The notes below the pieces were generated by a model. That model had not been told where the DNA came from, searched no databases, and saw only the letters and a program-made list of their open reading frames with translations. Position numbers and translations under genes: made by a program. A stretch of DNA of 63,327 nt, filler included, from Saprolegnia diclina VS20 (Eukaryota): NCBI RefSeq assembly GCF_000281045.1. It is 4 parts of 2 records of this genome, joined end to end, with 100 filler letters (N's around TTAATTAATTAA, not from the genome) between each part and the next. Parts side by side here need not be neighbours in the genome. Positions count along the whole stretch, not along the records: positions 1 to 28,672 come from NW_008246104.1; positions 28,773 to 58,788 come from NW_008246104.1; 2 more parts are not named here. The stretch is one strand, 5' to 3'. This document shows, piece after piece, positions 24,074 through 35,700 of this stretch; the stretch's first letter is position 1; each line of letters opens with the position of its first letter.

Positions 24074-24423
24074 GCAAAATGTATCTTTGGCTTGTACAAA
24101 GACAAGCGCCTGCGGTTTCACCTCCCACATTTGATCGACTGCCCATCGCTGCATTAAAATCCGATACAAACTGCAGTATGCGTTATCACAGTGTACGCAA
24201 ATAGTGTACGAAATTACTAGCGGACATGCCTTGCAGCACGTCTCGCGGCCTCGTCAGGAGAACGACCTCTGCACGGATCAGGGCATGTCTTTGTACGCAC
24301 GGAGCCGAGTTATACATCTCTTTGAGCGTTGTAGTGAGCCACGGACGTCATGGATATTCAGCCGAGATACGAGAGAAGGACACACGATTTAAGAACCACA
24401 CTATTTTACACAATAAGATACTC

Positions 24424-26874
24424 TCAGACGGCCAAGAGGCGCAAGCTTGGATGGACCCGAATGGCCTTGTTGGTCAACGGCGCCGCCAGTCGCAGGCCTA
24501 GGACGGTAAGGGTCGACAAGCGATACGAAGGGCGTGTACCTTGCAGCGACGAGATGCGGGAGAGTGCCACGTACGCTTGGCCGTACTCAAAAACCTTGCC
24601 GAGGTGCAAGATGGCGCGGTCAAACGTGAGCCCTTGGCTCTTGTGGATGCTGATGCCATAGGCCAGCGTGAGTGGGATCTACGCAGATCTGAGCAACGCA
24701 AGCGCAAATTGCTCTAGCAACCTGCTGGCGACTGGCGATAACCGAGTCGTTGGCCGTCACGCCAAACTCCTCGAGCGGAATGACTTGGGAGATGCCGTTG
24801 GTAAAGCGCACGAACGGCAACATGGCGCCCGGCGTGAAGCCCAAAATCTACATCCACATGAATACGCGTATATGTGCAAAGGCGCAGTGACGTACGACGC
24901 CGCGGGAGCCGTTGACGAGGCCATTGGCAACGGAAATCGTCTTGGTGAGCATGACCTTGGCGTTCTCTACACGGATCAGACTCGACATGCGCACCAATAT
25001 GGATATGTATACTCTTGAGAACGACACGCGTTGGCACGGGGCAGCCAAAGAGGTACTCGCGCGGTCCGCTACGTCGAGCCTCAATACGCTACCACAAGAA
25101 TGGAATCGCACCGGTCCTTTGCCGTATACTCGTGCGCCACGCCGTCCAGAGCGTGCAGGTGCTTTTGGTTCATCTAGTAGACATGTCATTGGCATCAACA
25201 GCTTCAATGAAGGTCTACCTGGAGAACGTCGGCGTTGTGCGTAAAGATGTGGATCGCGTCATCGTCGTCGTCGGTTGCCTTCTGCGTCGGATTGATTCGG
25301 TCCGTAGGTTCGACGCGCTCATTGAGCTTGGTGAGCATCTCCTGCGCAGGAGAGAGTGAGGGACGCAGCGCGAGAAGGTACATGTCTACCTGCGTGTGCG
25401 TGCCTTCTCGGATCGCATTGAGGATCGTAATGAACTCCGAGTCCTTTTGGCGAAACACTTGGTTGAGTGAGAACGTCGCCTTGATGCCCCTAGACGCGAG
25501 GTCAATAGGGTCATACCGCGAGCACGCGCAACGTACGTGTCCCAGCTCGGCGCTTCGAAACAAAAGATGGCTTGCTTGTCCGTCGTGACGGGCGGCAGCT
25601 ACCGAGCGGCAATGAAGAAGAGAAGGCGCAAGAGGCAACTGTACTTGGTAAAAATCGCCCGAGAGAATGAGCTGAATGCCACCAAAGAACGCCTGCGACT
25701 TGCGGATCTTGCGGGCGACGCCTTCGAGAAGCTCAAAGAGGTCCCCATCCAGCATAGAGATTTCGTCCACAATCAGAATCTGGGCGGCGCGCCATCTAGA
25801 TAAACCATGATGCGCTGGGACCACATGGACAACCCAGAGCATACCGGACAACGGCGTCTTTCTTGCGCTCGATCAATGCCACGACGTCATCGAGCTTGGT
25901 CGAGGGAAGCGTTGCGCTCAAGCCCGCAAAGTGGTGCAGCGTCATGCCGTCTAGCACGAGATATCAGATCGTATCGCATGCGAAAGCGTCGTACGGATGT
26001 GGTAGGCCGCGATGCCCGTCGTCGCAGTGCTGTAGAGGCCTTCCTGCGGCAGTCGCTTCTGCAGTTGTCGAAGGAGGTACGACTTGCCCGTGCCAGCTCG
26101 GCCCGTGAAGAAGACGTTTTCCTTCCGCGCCACTGCATCAATGATCTAGCTCGAACATGGTATCGCATGCGAGTGACGACGCGGGGGCACCTCTTGCTGT
26201 TCGCTGGTGAGGGCGACGCGGGACCGCTTGGTCGGCTGGGACGACGTCAGTGCACGCGCCTACATGTTCGTATGAGCCATAATGTTGTAGATGTCGTCTG
26301 GAGACAGTACCCGCGGCGGTGATGCTCGGCGCTTGCGCAACTTCTTTGCCGGCGACGGGCTCGGCGTCTTCAACACGTGGTTTGTTCGGTCGCTCAGCGG
26401 CGTCCGCATCGGCGCTGCCTGGTTCTTGAGCGGCGACACGATCCGCATCGTCGTCTTGGACATGGCGCCTTGCGTGAGCGCAAAGTCGCGGAGCGCGATT
26501 AAGTCGTCGGGCGTGCCATTGAAGAGGTTGTACTGCGTAAAGGTCGTCGCATCGCGCCTATGGTAGGCGTATGAGCCGGCAACGCGCTTGTAGCCATTGC
26601 GTACCTGATGAACGTCATCTTGCCGCGCTGGATCTGGCTAAAGTACACTATGCAACATTGGAGCATGAGGCGTCGACGGCGCATCGTGCGGCGCACCTTC
26701 GGCCGACGGTGTCCGGATCGCCATCTTGGCACCCGCCGCAAGAACCTGGAGGCCGCCCGCGCGCTTGAGGATGCGAACGCCACGAAGCGACTTGGACGAC
26801 TTGCGCTGGCCCGTCGCTGTGCTGGCGACTTGCACGTCGAGGTCGCATCGGTACCCAGCGTCGACGTTCTCCAT
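24424..26874 (-). CDS. PIF1: PIF1-family 5'-3' DNA helicase (multi-exon)
   Basis: Motifs [65 protein letters not shown] and [12 protein letters not shown]. Confidence 0.95.
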
Positions 26875-26941
26875 GGCCAAATCCCAATTGCTGCAACTCG
26901 AAATCCACCGCGCGTTTGAAATTTTAAAAACGACTCGCTTT

Positions 26942-26980
26942 TGATTGGCTGTTTGAAAAATACTTGCTCCTGATTGGCGG
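26942..26980 (-). promoter_or_regulatory. Twin CCAAT boxes upstream of PIF1
   Basis: TGATTGGCT at 26942 and TGATTGGCG at 26972, 70-100 nt upstream of the ATG. Confidence 0.5.
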
Positions 26981-27236
26981 AATCTTTATTGCAAGCAGAG
27001 GACCATCCCGCCAGAAGTGCATCACGCCCGAGCGCTGCGGGTCGATCCCAAATGGAACTGCATGGGTCTTTGGATAGTTGCAGCAGTTAGATATGCGCCA
27101 AACGTGCTCGGATAAAAGCGGCTTCAACCTACAAGACTGCTACAAGCGATCGACGTGCGATCAGTCGCACAGAGCTCTCACAGATTTCTGCTAGCGTTAG
27201 AGTATCACGCCCTTAGTACCACCAAAGCTCTCGCTA

Positions 27237-27336
27237 NNNNNNNNNNNNNNNNNNNNNNNNNNNNNNNNNNNNNNNNNNNNNNNNNNNNNNNNNNNNNNNN
27301 NNNNNNNNNNNNNNNNNNNNNNNNNNNNNNNNNNNN
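27237..27336. other. Assembly gap (100 N)
   Basis: Run of N. Confidence 0.99.
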
Positions 27337-28672
27337 GAAGGCTGCGCGCGCAGACGTCGACACGACTGCCCTCGTCGCCGAGCTGCAGCAACTTCGTTCC
27401 GTCGCTTTCATGCAGAGCAACCAGATCGGTAAGCTACAACGCCAACTAGTGACGTGTCACGACTCGGCACTTCAACTCGCGCAGACACTCGACAAGACAC
27501 AGCACGACCTCGGCATGACGAAGCATGGCCTCGCGATTCAGAGCGCCGTCACACGGTCGATGAAGGACGAGAAGGCGGCTCTTGCGAAGGCGCTGCAGGT
27601 TGCGACTGTGTCGAACGATGAGCAAAAGGCGACGATTACCATAGCCCTCGAGACCGTCAAAGCCATCGAGCTGGTACGAGCGCAGCTGCAAGACGACGTG
27701 CAATGCATGCGGCGCGAGAACGCGCAGCTACGAATCTTGGTGTCCTTCACGAGCTTCTCAACGACGACGCTGCGGAGCAGCAGCCCTGCAAGAAGGTCAA
27801 GAAGGCTGTCCTAGCCCCGGGCGACGAAAAGTTTGAAGCCGCTCTCGTCACGGCGCGCCTCTTCCTCCAGCAAGGCGACGATGCCAAGGACGCCACCAGG
27901 CTTGAGTGGGTAGCCTTCATGCTGGCTCACATGGCCGTCAACCCGCACGCGGTTCCGGCCGGTCGGAAGCGCCGCTGGCTCACGACACTCATGTTCGACG
28001 ACGCTTTGGCAAGCCTGGCCATTGATGGCTGCAACATGTACGAGAACATATACGTTCCAGAGGTCAACATGTACTTTCCTCAACTGCCCAACACGCGCAA
28101 CATCGATCCAGACCACGTCCTGAAGCGGTTCGTCACGCACATCAGCAACGGGTTCGCGCATATGTTCGACCCCAAGGCATGGCGCGAGATTGACGACTAC
28201 GAAAAAAGCGTTCTGAGCCCGACCTGGTTCACGGACCAGCGCGACAAGCAGAACGTACCACGCGCACGTCAATTCTTCTCGGTCGCTGCCGAGCGTTGCT
28301 TGCGCGCTCTCGGGAGACACGAAGAAGCGCGCCTTTGCGCGATCTGGCGGAACTTCTTCTCCGTCTTTGACAAGACGGGCATCTCGGACGCGACGCGGTT
28401 GACGTACATCGACGAATTCTACAAGTGGCTCGACCATATCGCAAAATCCACAATGTACGGCGGGCCTACAGGCACTCACATACCAGCCAAAGTGGGCCCC
28501 AAAGTCGCGAAGGCAGGTCCTGACGGCAACCTGCAATGGCGAGAAGCGCTCCCGGTGGGGCTTGTCGAGTCGCTGTACCTTCTCGGCCACGGCTTCCGCA
28601 TCCGCGCCGCGGCCCTGGCGGCTCATCCTACAAACACAGCTTACGACGCATGTACCCCGATGGAAGCTCGCC
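27337..28672 (+). mobile_element. P-element-like DNA transposase fragment with N-terminal coiled coil, frameshifted near 27740
   Basis: DPDHVLKR (DxxH motif), DKQNVPRARQFFS and EARLCAIWRNFFSVFD parallel the P/THAP9-type DxPHLxK, xKMxVxxAxQxFS and TAxFxxxxNxxFD motifs in order. The contig is bounded by gaps on both sides. Confidence 0.55.
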
Positions 28673-28772
28673 NNNNNNNNNNNNNNNNNNNNNNNNNNNN
28701 NNNNNNNNNNNNNNNNTTAATTAATTAANNNNNNNNNNNNNNNNNNNNNNNNNNNNNNNNNNNNNNNNNNNN
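28673..28772. other. Assembly gap with artificial six-frame stop linker
   Basis: 44 N + TTAATTAATTAA + 44 N. Confidence 0.97.
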
Positions 28773-29680
28773 CTTTTACGTTTCATGAACTGGATCCGAC
28801 GAAGTTGCGGCGGTTCCGCTGTATCGAGCCTCATACGATGACCACGCCCAGGCGCCTCGCCAGCTTGCAAGGTATCCTGCAGACATCACGGCGGAAGAGA
28901 AGATCCATTCTCATAAAATCCAACACCAAAAAACGCATCGAAGGAACCAGTGTGGCTCCTGTACAAGGGGCTTCTCAACCTACGTCGCGTACTTGAAGCT
29001 TGCTTCGCGTGGAGGTCGTTCTCGAGGACACGGTGGTGGTGCCAGAGGCTGGTTGATTGTGGTTCACCATTCAGATTCTGGTCAACAGAATCTGCACCCA
29101 CCACAATGTGGTACGTGGGAAACGTACGGTCTCGAAGCTCCATGCGTTGCCGACATATGTCCTTCGAATCACATTTCACACGGAACGGCCCACGTCCTTG
29201 GATTCTGAGATGGTCCATACCACATGCACAGTTTGCATCGTCCCACAGTGCATTCTACAGGCTGTGCCGGACTTCAACCCATCCAGTCCACTGTGTGGAG
29301 AGCTTGCACCCACGCAATATTACCGCCCGGGATTCATTTGCGCCAGAAACAAGCAGCGCGAATGCCTAATTACCTCGAGCTGCGCCAATACCCGTGGTAC
29401 AGGGGTATAGTAGTGGCAATACCTACCGTTGCTCCTGTATATCTAGAATGTAAATACAAATCCTGCGATGTACGCGTACCTGCAAGCTGTCACCGCTTTT
29501 GAGACGCTTTAGAGGCAGCGTCAAAGAACAGTGAGCGTCCCACGGTGGAAACCAGATGTTGTCTCCGAACGTGCGATCCGTGTCACGCTGGAATTCTATA
29601 GTTGCAGCCGGTTGCTCGATTGCCAGCTCCACGAACGACTTGATCTGGCGGATGTTGTGCATACAATGCGCCGTGCAATG
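28773..29680 (-). pseudogene. Possible degenerate Mutator-like (MULE) transposase relic
   Basis: Broken-frame fragments [42 protein letters not shown] and AFALLVSGANES occur in MULE-like order. Lower GC than the flanking genes. Confidence 0.3.
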
Positions 29681-29835
29681 CGACTACAGTATACGAGGAG
29701 GACATTTGTCACACGCCACGAGGATGTGAAGCATCGAGTGCTCGTATCTTGGGTACACTTGGTTCTTTTTCAACCCACTCGATCTCGATTCTCACTTTTC
29801 AATTTGCTCTTTCCCAGCAACAACCACTCTCCACG

Positions 29836-30807
29836 ATGAAGCTTTTTGCCTCGACGCTCCTCCTCGCCGCCGCCGTCTCCAACGTTGACGCGCACGGCCG
29901 CATGGTGTTCCCGCCTCACCGCGGCTACATCGGCAAGCTGCCCCAGTTCAAGGACCTCGTCCCCATCAACTACAGCGACAACGGCTTGAGCGCCGGTGGC
30001 ATTGGTGCCACGTCCGGTGGCAAGCACGGTGTGTGCGGCGACCCGTACAACGGCGCGCGCGCTCACGAATCCGGCGGCACCTATGGTCTCTTCCCGACCC
30101 ACGGGTCCAAGGTCGTTGGCGCCTGCTTCGCGCCCGGCGCCACCATGGACCTCAACATCCAGATCACGGCCAACCACAAGGGCTACTTTGAGTTTGGTCT
30201 CTGCAAGCTCAACGGCAAGGGCGACAAGGAGACCGAAGAGTGCTTCCAGTCGCTGACGCAGCCCAACGGCGACAAGCAGTGGCAGCTCCCCGCGGGTGCC
30301 GACTTTTTCAAGATGCAGTACAACTTGCCCAAGGACGTCAAGTGCGACGGCGACTCGCACTGCGTGCTTCGCTGGTGGTATGTCGGCTGGAACAACCCAG
30401 GCGTCGACATCAACGGCCAGGAGCAGTTCTGGAACTGCGCCGACATCTACATTAGCGACACGTGCGGGTCGGACCCGAAGCCGTCGCCGAGCAGCCAGAA
30501 CCCGACGCCCGCGCCGAGCTCGGACAAGCCCACGAAGGCTCCGGTCACGGACAAGCCGACGCCGGTGACGGACAAGCCGACGAAGAAGCCGACCCCGACC
30601 GACAAGCCGTCGACCAAGCCTACAAGCAAGCCCTCCATCAAGCCGACCGACAAGCCGACGGCCAAGCCTATCTCTGGTGGTGGCAAGAAGGCGTGGGAGC
30701 AGTGCGGCGGCAAGGACTACACGGGCAGCACCGAGTGCGTTGGCGGCAGCATCTGCGTCACGCAGGACGAGTGGTACTCGCAGTGCGTGCCCAAGCGCCT
30801 GCGCTAA
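29836..30807 (+). CDS. Secreted AA15-type lytic polysaccharide monooxygenase with P/T/K linker and CBM1
   Basis: Signal peptide followed by mature N-terminal His ([10 protein letters not shown]), [14 protein letters not shown] (second brace His), CVLRWWY and [15 protein letters not shown] repeats lead to CBM1 [37 protein letters not shown] at 29791-29807. Confidence 0.9.
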   Translation: MKLFASTLLLAAAVSNVDAHGRMVFPPHRGYIGKLPQFKDLVPINYSDNGLSAGGIGATSGGKHGVCGDPYNGARAHESGGTYGLFPTHGSKVVGACFAPGATMDLNIQITANHKGYFEFGLCKLNGKGDKETEECFQSLTQPNGDKQWQLPAGADFFKMQYNLPKDVKCDGDSHCVLRWWYVGWNNPGVDINGQEQFWNCADIYISDTCGSDPKPSPSSQNPTPAPSSDKPTKAPVTDKPTPVTDKPTKKPTPTDKPSTKPTSKPSIKPTDKPTAKPISGGGKKAWEQCGGKDYTGSTECVGGSICVTQDEWYSQCVPKRLR

Positions 30808-31145
30808 AATATTTGTCGCGCCCAGTAGTAGAACATATACTAGAATTACCGTTGTGTATAATCAATTCATCGCCATATTGGTTTAACCCATTTAACGAGC
30901 TGTTGATATCCATAATCCACAGGATTTGAAAGTTAGACTTGGGCTATCCACCAAACACACAGACTCTAGTTTAGCTATCTTAGAGGGCGTTCGAAAAGGG
31001 TTCAACTGTAGAGCCAAAACTGTTGTACATTATTTGGCTTGGCCCGACGACGGGCATGACAATTGTATTGGCGAGTTTACTCTAAACGCTTCTTCGCGTA
31101 TCCTATTTGAGGTCAAATCTAAATAAATAGCTCTATCGAAGGCGG

Positions 31146-32138
31146 CTATAGCCATGCATGCGTGCGCGACGCCCGCCGCTCGCGTAGCTGCGCTGTCGTC
31201 GGTGTTCCAGGCGTCGATACCACTGGTGCCGTCTCGGGGGCCGCCGTTGCTAGAAAGGGCTCGGGTATCGTCGGTCGCTGTGCTGGTCGCCCGCTCACGC
31301 GTGCATCGGTGAGGACCGTGCTCGATTTTTTGCGGGCAATGGTGTGGGCTGTCGGAATCGTCACGTTTTGGCTCCACTCGGACGGGACCACATTTTCATG
31401 CAGGTAGGCTTGGAGCATAAACTTGAGATGAAAGCCAACAAGATTGCTCCACGCTTCGCCCACGTCCGGCGTCGCTTCGTTGTCAAGCCAGAACATGGCG
31501 ACTTCGATAAGCGTGCTCGTGTACACGGCGAAATGGTGTGGCCGGACCTTCTTGATCGTCCTGTGCCGGTGCCCGAGGTGGCGGCACCGGTGCATGACAT
31601 CGATGGGCGACGTGGCATTGGTCTCGGGCAGCATAAACTTGAGCGCTTTGATGAGCACTTCAATGCGCTTTCGAATGCCAGGAAAGACGTCGGTGAAGCT
31701 CGGGTCGCGCTGAAAGAGGCGGTGGAAGAACTCGTCGTAGAAGAGCACGATGCCGTCCTTGTGGTACGACTGCATCTTGGGGGTACTGCCCATGCACAAA
31801 CTCTTCCACGTCCGGGCGCACGTTGCGTGGTAGCTGGGCTCGTACACGGGGAAGAGCGGCATGTTGGGTGGCATGTAGTGGTGGTACTCGTCGGACGATG
31901 CGAGGCCGCGGCAAAAGAGGCCGTCAAACGACGCCGTGTCAACATGGAGATGGACCTCGTCGCTCACCGCATAAATCACAGATGCGCGCGACTTGGACTT
32001 GAGCGACCGCGTCAGTGCCGTTGAAAAACCAAGTAAGAACGACCGCATGCCCGACGACTTTGGCTGCGTCGACGCGGCCGATGACGACGTTGCCGCTGAC
32101 CGACGGCGGCGCTCGGACGTGGACATCCAGACACCCAT
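31146..32138 (-). CDS. Globin-domain protein with N-myristoylation-type start
   Basis: FFHRLFQRDPSFTDVF (B/CD), HLGHRHRTIKKVRPHHF (proximal His F8) and VGEAWSNL (H helix). Starts MGVWMS. Confidence 0.8.
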   Translation of the reverse strand: MGVWMSTSERRRRSAATSSSAASTQPKSSGMRSFLLGFSTALTRSLKSKSRASVIYAVSDEVHLHVDTASFDGLFCRGLASSDEYHHYMPPNMPLFPVYEPSYHATCARTWKSLCMGSTPKMQSYHKDGIVLFYDEFFHRLFQRDPSFTDVFPGIRKRIEVLIKALKFMLPETNATSPIDVMHRCRHLGHRHRTIKKVRPHHFAVYTSTLIEVAMFWLDNEATPDVGEAWSNLVGFHLKFMLQAYLHENVVPSEWSQNVTIPTAHTIARKKSSTVLTDARVSGRPAQRPTIPEPFLATAAPETAPVVSTPGTPTTAQLRERRASRTHAWL

Positions 32139-32480
32139 TCGACGACACGTGGTTGATCGCGTTGGTCGACGGAACTCGGTGGCGAAACGGCCCAAGGTGT
32201 GTCGCGACAAATAGCGTTATTCAACGGGCGTGATTCGAAGAACAGTGGACGCCATTGGTTGTAGCAAGGCGAGTTTCGTTCAATTCCCTCCCAAGTATTT
32301 GCATGATCGTTGCGAAACCGCTGCAAATTCGTAAATCAGCCAATCACAACACTTTTTCAAGGCAATTCGATTCGCGTATTTTGGTCTCGGGAATTTCACA
32401 AGCATCCGTTTCCATGCGGCTTGCTTTGGTACTGCATACATGGAGTGCACGCTGTCGCGCGAAAGTGACACGCCCTACAG

Positions 32481-32529
32481 CCCAAAACCTCCAAGATCAC
32501 GCGAAATGCGTGATCTTGGAGGTTTTGGG
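32481..32529. repeat. Perfect 22-bp inverted repeat with 5-nt loop
   Basis: CCCAAAACCTCCAAGATCACGC-gaaat-GCGTGATCTTGGAGGTTTTGGG. Confidence 0.95.
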
Positions 32530-32723
32530 GGAGCGAAGTGTGTCCATATCCACTAAGCATATACCCGCGGATCAAAATAGCAGTGTGTGGGCGATATCGC
32601 CAACGACCGAGAGCTTGTTGACGAGGTATCGCCTGGTGATTGGCTGAAATTCAAAAGATCGTGTCCTTTCAGCGACCAATCGAAAGCGAGCATTTTGGTA
32701 TCCAAAACCATTGCGCGGCAAAT

Positions 32724-35700
32724 ATGGCCGCGCGGAAGGAGCGACCGCTCCATGCGACGGATACGGAGAGCCTTCAGAAGCTCGCGGCGTTTCGGCGTCT
32801 CGCATGGCGCTCGGTCCACGTCCGCAACGCCGATGGAAGCGCCGAGGACGACCCAATCGTCCTCGACGTCGTCGCGACGGCCACGCTCGCCGACGTCCGC
32901 GTCGTCCTGAGCCTCGTCGTCGACGCCAAGACGCTGTGGAAGAAATCTCGGCCCATGGCCTTTTCCTTTGTCAAGTCGCTCGAAGAATGCGAGCCCGTGC
33001 CTCTCTCAGACGAAGCACACGAGCCGCTCTCGGATTTTCTGCACCACGGCTTTGTTCTCTATGTGCAGTATGCGCGGGTTCTCAAGCCTTCGCCACGGTC
33101 GCCCCGGCGTGCACTCAAGCCAACGTTCACGGCGTCGCACCAGATTGGCCTCTACGCCGCCGACGTTGACGTCTACATTGACCGTGTCGGCTTGCAAATC
33201 GTGCTCCGCGAGATCGTCGAGACGTTGTCCGGACGCCCGATGGCGGCCCTCCACGCACTCAACGACTCTGTGCGCCTCGAATTGGATCTCGCTGACGTTG
33301 CTGACGTTTGCGAGAGCAGTGTCGACATGATTAGTGTCCTCCTCACGGACGGGCGTCAGCAGCCCCCGATCGTTCAAAAGGTCATCGAGCGAACTGTCTT
33401 GACGCTGGACGACGAGGGCCAACTCCACCTTGGCATTGGACCGATGCTTCCAGTCGGATCGCAGTCGCCCATTGTGCTGCGGAAGCCGCAGTCGCCCCGA
33501 CGAAAGCCACCAGATGAGAGACGTCCGGTCGAGTTGCCGCCCTCCACAACGACGACACCAAGCGAAGACGACAGCGAAACAGGCGATACGATCACAACTT
33601 CGGAGCTATGTGACATGACGATGCTGGTCCCCGCCAAACACAAGATCGCGCGCGAAGGGCCTCGGGACAGTGCAAAGCGCGCGTCGCTGGCTCTCACGAC
33701 ACCATCAACCACGCTTACGGTGCAACGACGCGCGTCCAGTCGCAGCGGCATGGGCTCGACTCGTGCACTCTCTGTCGATGGGACGCCGCGAGGTGGTAGC
33801 TTGCGTGGGATGCTCGTCGACGACAACGACGGCAGCGGGAAGTTGACGCTCATGCAGGATGGTACCGACGACGAAAAAATGAGCCACGAAGCTCTACTCG
33901 ATATGAAGCGCAGCTCGGTGTCGGTCGCACCCATCGCGCTTGAATTGGACCGCGCGCTTGTTGCGGCCTTGGCCTATTTCGCCGCTGACGACGCGACGCC
34001 GGCGATGGCTTGTATGGCTCGAGACGATCTCGTTCTGGCCTTTGGCATGGCCGAGGGAAGTCTCTTGAGCAAGGCCGGCAAGAGCCTCTTGGAGCTCCGC
34101 GAGGCGTTCCAGCGCGTCATGCTTCTGTACTTGGTGGCGGCCCCGCAGTCGACAACGGCTGCCGGCGCCGTCAAGCGGTATCTTTGGCGCGGCCTCGGCT
34201 TTTGTCTCTGGCGCGAAGTGCGTGACGACGTCGTGTCATCGTGCCGGTTCCAAACCATGAAGACACTGAGCGTCATTCGCAGTCACTACAAGCAGCGCGA
34301 GACGTACCCTGGCTTCAAGGACAAGCTGCCACGTACGTGCCACATTCTCCCATCGGTTGCCTATATAACGTTGTGTGCTAGACTACCCGTCGCCGGTGGT
34401 CGGGGCGCTCGAATGCCTGCGGCTCGTGCTCCACCCGTCCGACGTCGCATGGCTTGACGCAGCTAATGCGGTCGATCCATGGACCCACGTTCTCGCGCTC
34501 GGTCTCCACACTATGGCTATGTTTCGCAAGACACTGGACAAAATAGAAGCGCACTGCCGGTCGCGAACACTACCAGCGCGCCACCGACACGAAATTGGCG
34601 TCCGCGTCGCAGCGTGGAAGCTCCCCGAGGCGACCGACGAGGCGCTCTTTGGCACACTGCACCTGCGAAAGCTCATTCTTCTCGTCCTCGAAGCGTCTGA
34701 TGGGTCATGGCACCCGTCGATCAAGATCGACCACTGTTTTACGCGGGCTCTGACGGGGCGTGAGTCGACGGGCGTCGCCCTTCACATCATGGAGCTACGC
34801 GACGTCGTTACCCAGCGCCTCGAGCCACTCGTGCGCGAAAACGTCATTGTCGACGAATGTCGGTGCGCCGAAGTCGACGCTCATTGCGCGGTGATGGTGA
34901 CCGACGCGTGGCCGCCGGTGCCTCGGTGGTACATGCCCCGGCGTCACCGCAAGCCCCACCACGTGTCACGGTATAGCTCTGCACGCCATTGCTGTACTGA
35001 CGCGAGTGGGGTGTAGGTACTTTTTTGTAGCCGAGCGCGACGCTGCGTTTGAAATGGCGTTGGCAGTGCACCTTATCGCACCGCTTCCAGTCGTCTACAG
35101 CGTCTCGGGCGACGCGATGCTCTCGAGCAAGTCGCTCATTGAGCTTTTGACGCTGGCCCTCCCCCTCTGGTCGACGAGTACCACCGATTCATTTTTGGAT
35201 GCAACCGCGATGGGCGGTATCCGCGCCTCGTGCGTCGGGTACGGCGTCAATATGCTGCACGCCAGCGTCCTACCGCGACTGAAGCAATGGTGTCTCTTGG
35301 ATGTATTCAAAGTCGTGGGCGTTGATCGCATTGGCGTCGGGTCCGGCGTGTCGCCCGATGGCCACGTCGCCATGGTGCTAGTCCGCGTGTTTGGCGCACT
35401 CGGCAAACCGCCACAGACTGCGCCTTCCGACGTTGCTTTCGTGTCGCATGTTATGACGGCGACGGACGTGGCATCGGTTTTGGACCACGGCGGCCTGCCC
35501 ATGTGCAAGCTCTTGGCCACACAGGAGACAACGACGTCCGTCTTGCGCGTTTCCACGACGTCTGGGATTGCGGATGCGACGCCGACGGGTCCCGCCAACG
35601 ACGCCTTGGAGCGCTGTTTGCTCGCTTGGTACTTGGTCATTTTTGGCGATGCGGCATGTGATATTGCTGCGTAGGACGCACGCGGACGTCGGGCCGTCGT

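Noticed and set aside
27155..27420. ORFs reading through N runs (also 58833-59204 and 61047-61520)
   Set aside because: Artefacts of translating gaps.
28717..28728. TTAATTAATTAA repeated at 28717, 58833 and 61509 as a possible piggyBac TTAA or regulatory repeat
   Set aside because: It is always centred in 44 N + 44 N, so it is an artificial six-frame stop spacer. Adjacency across these gaps is also uncertain.
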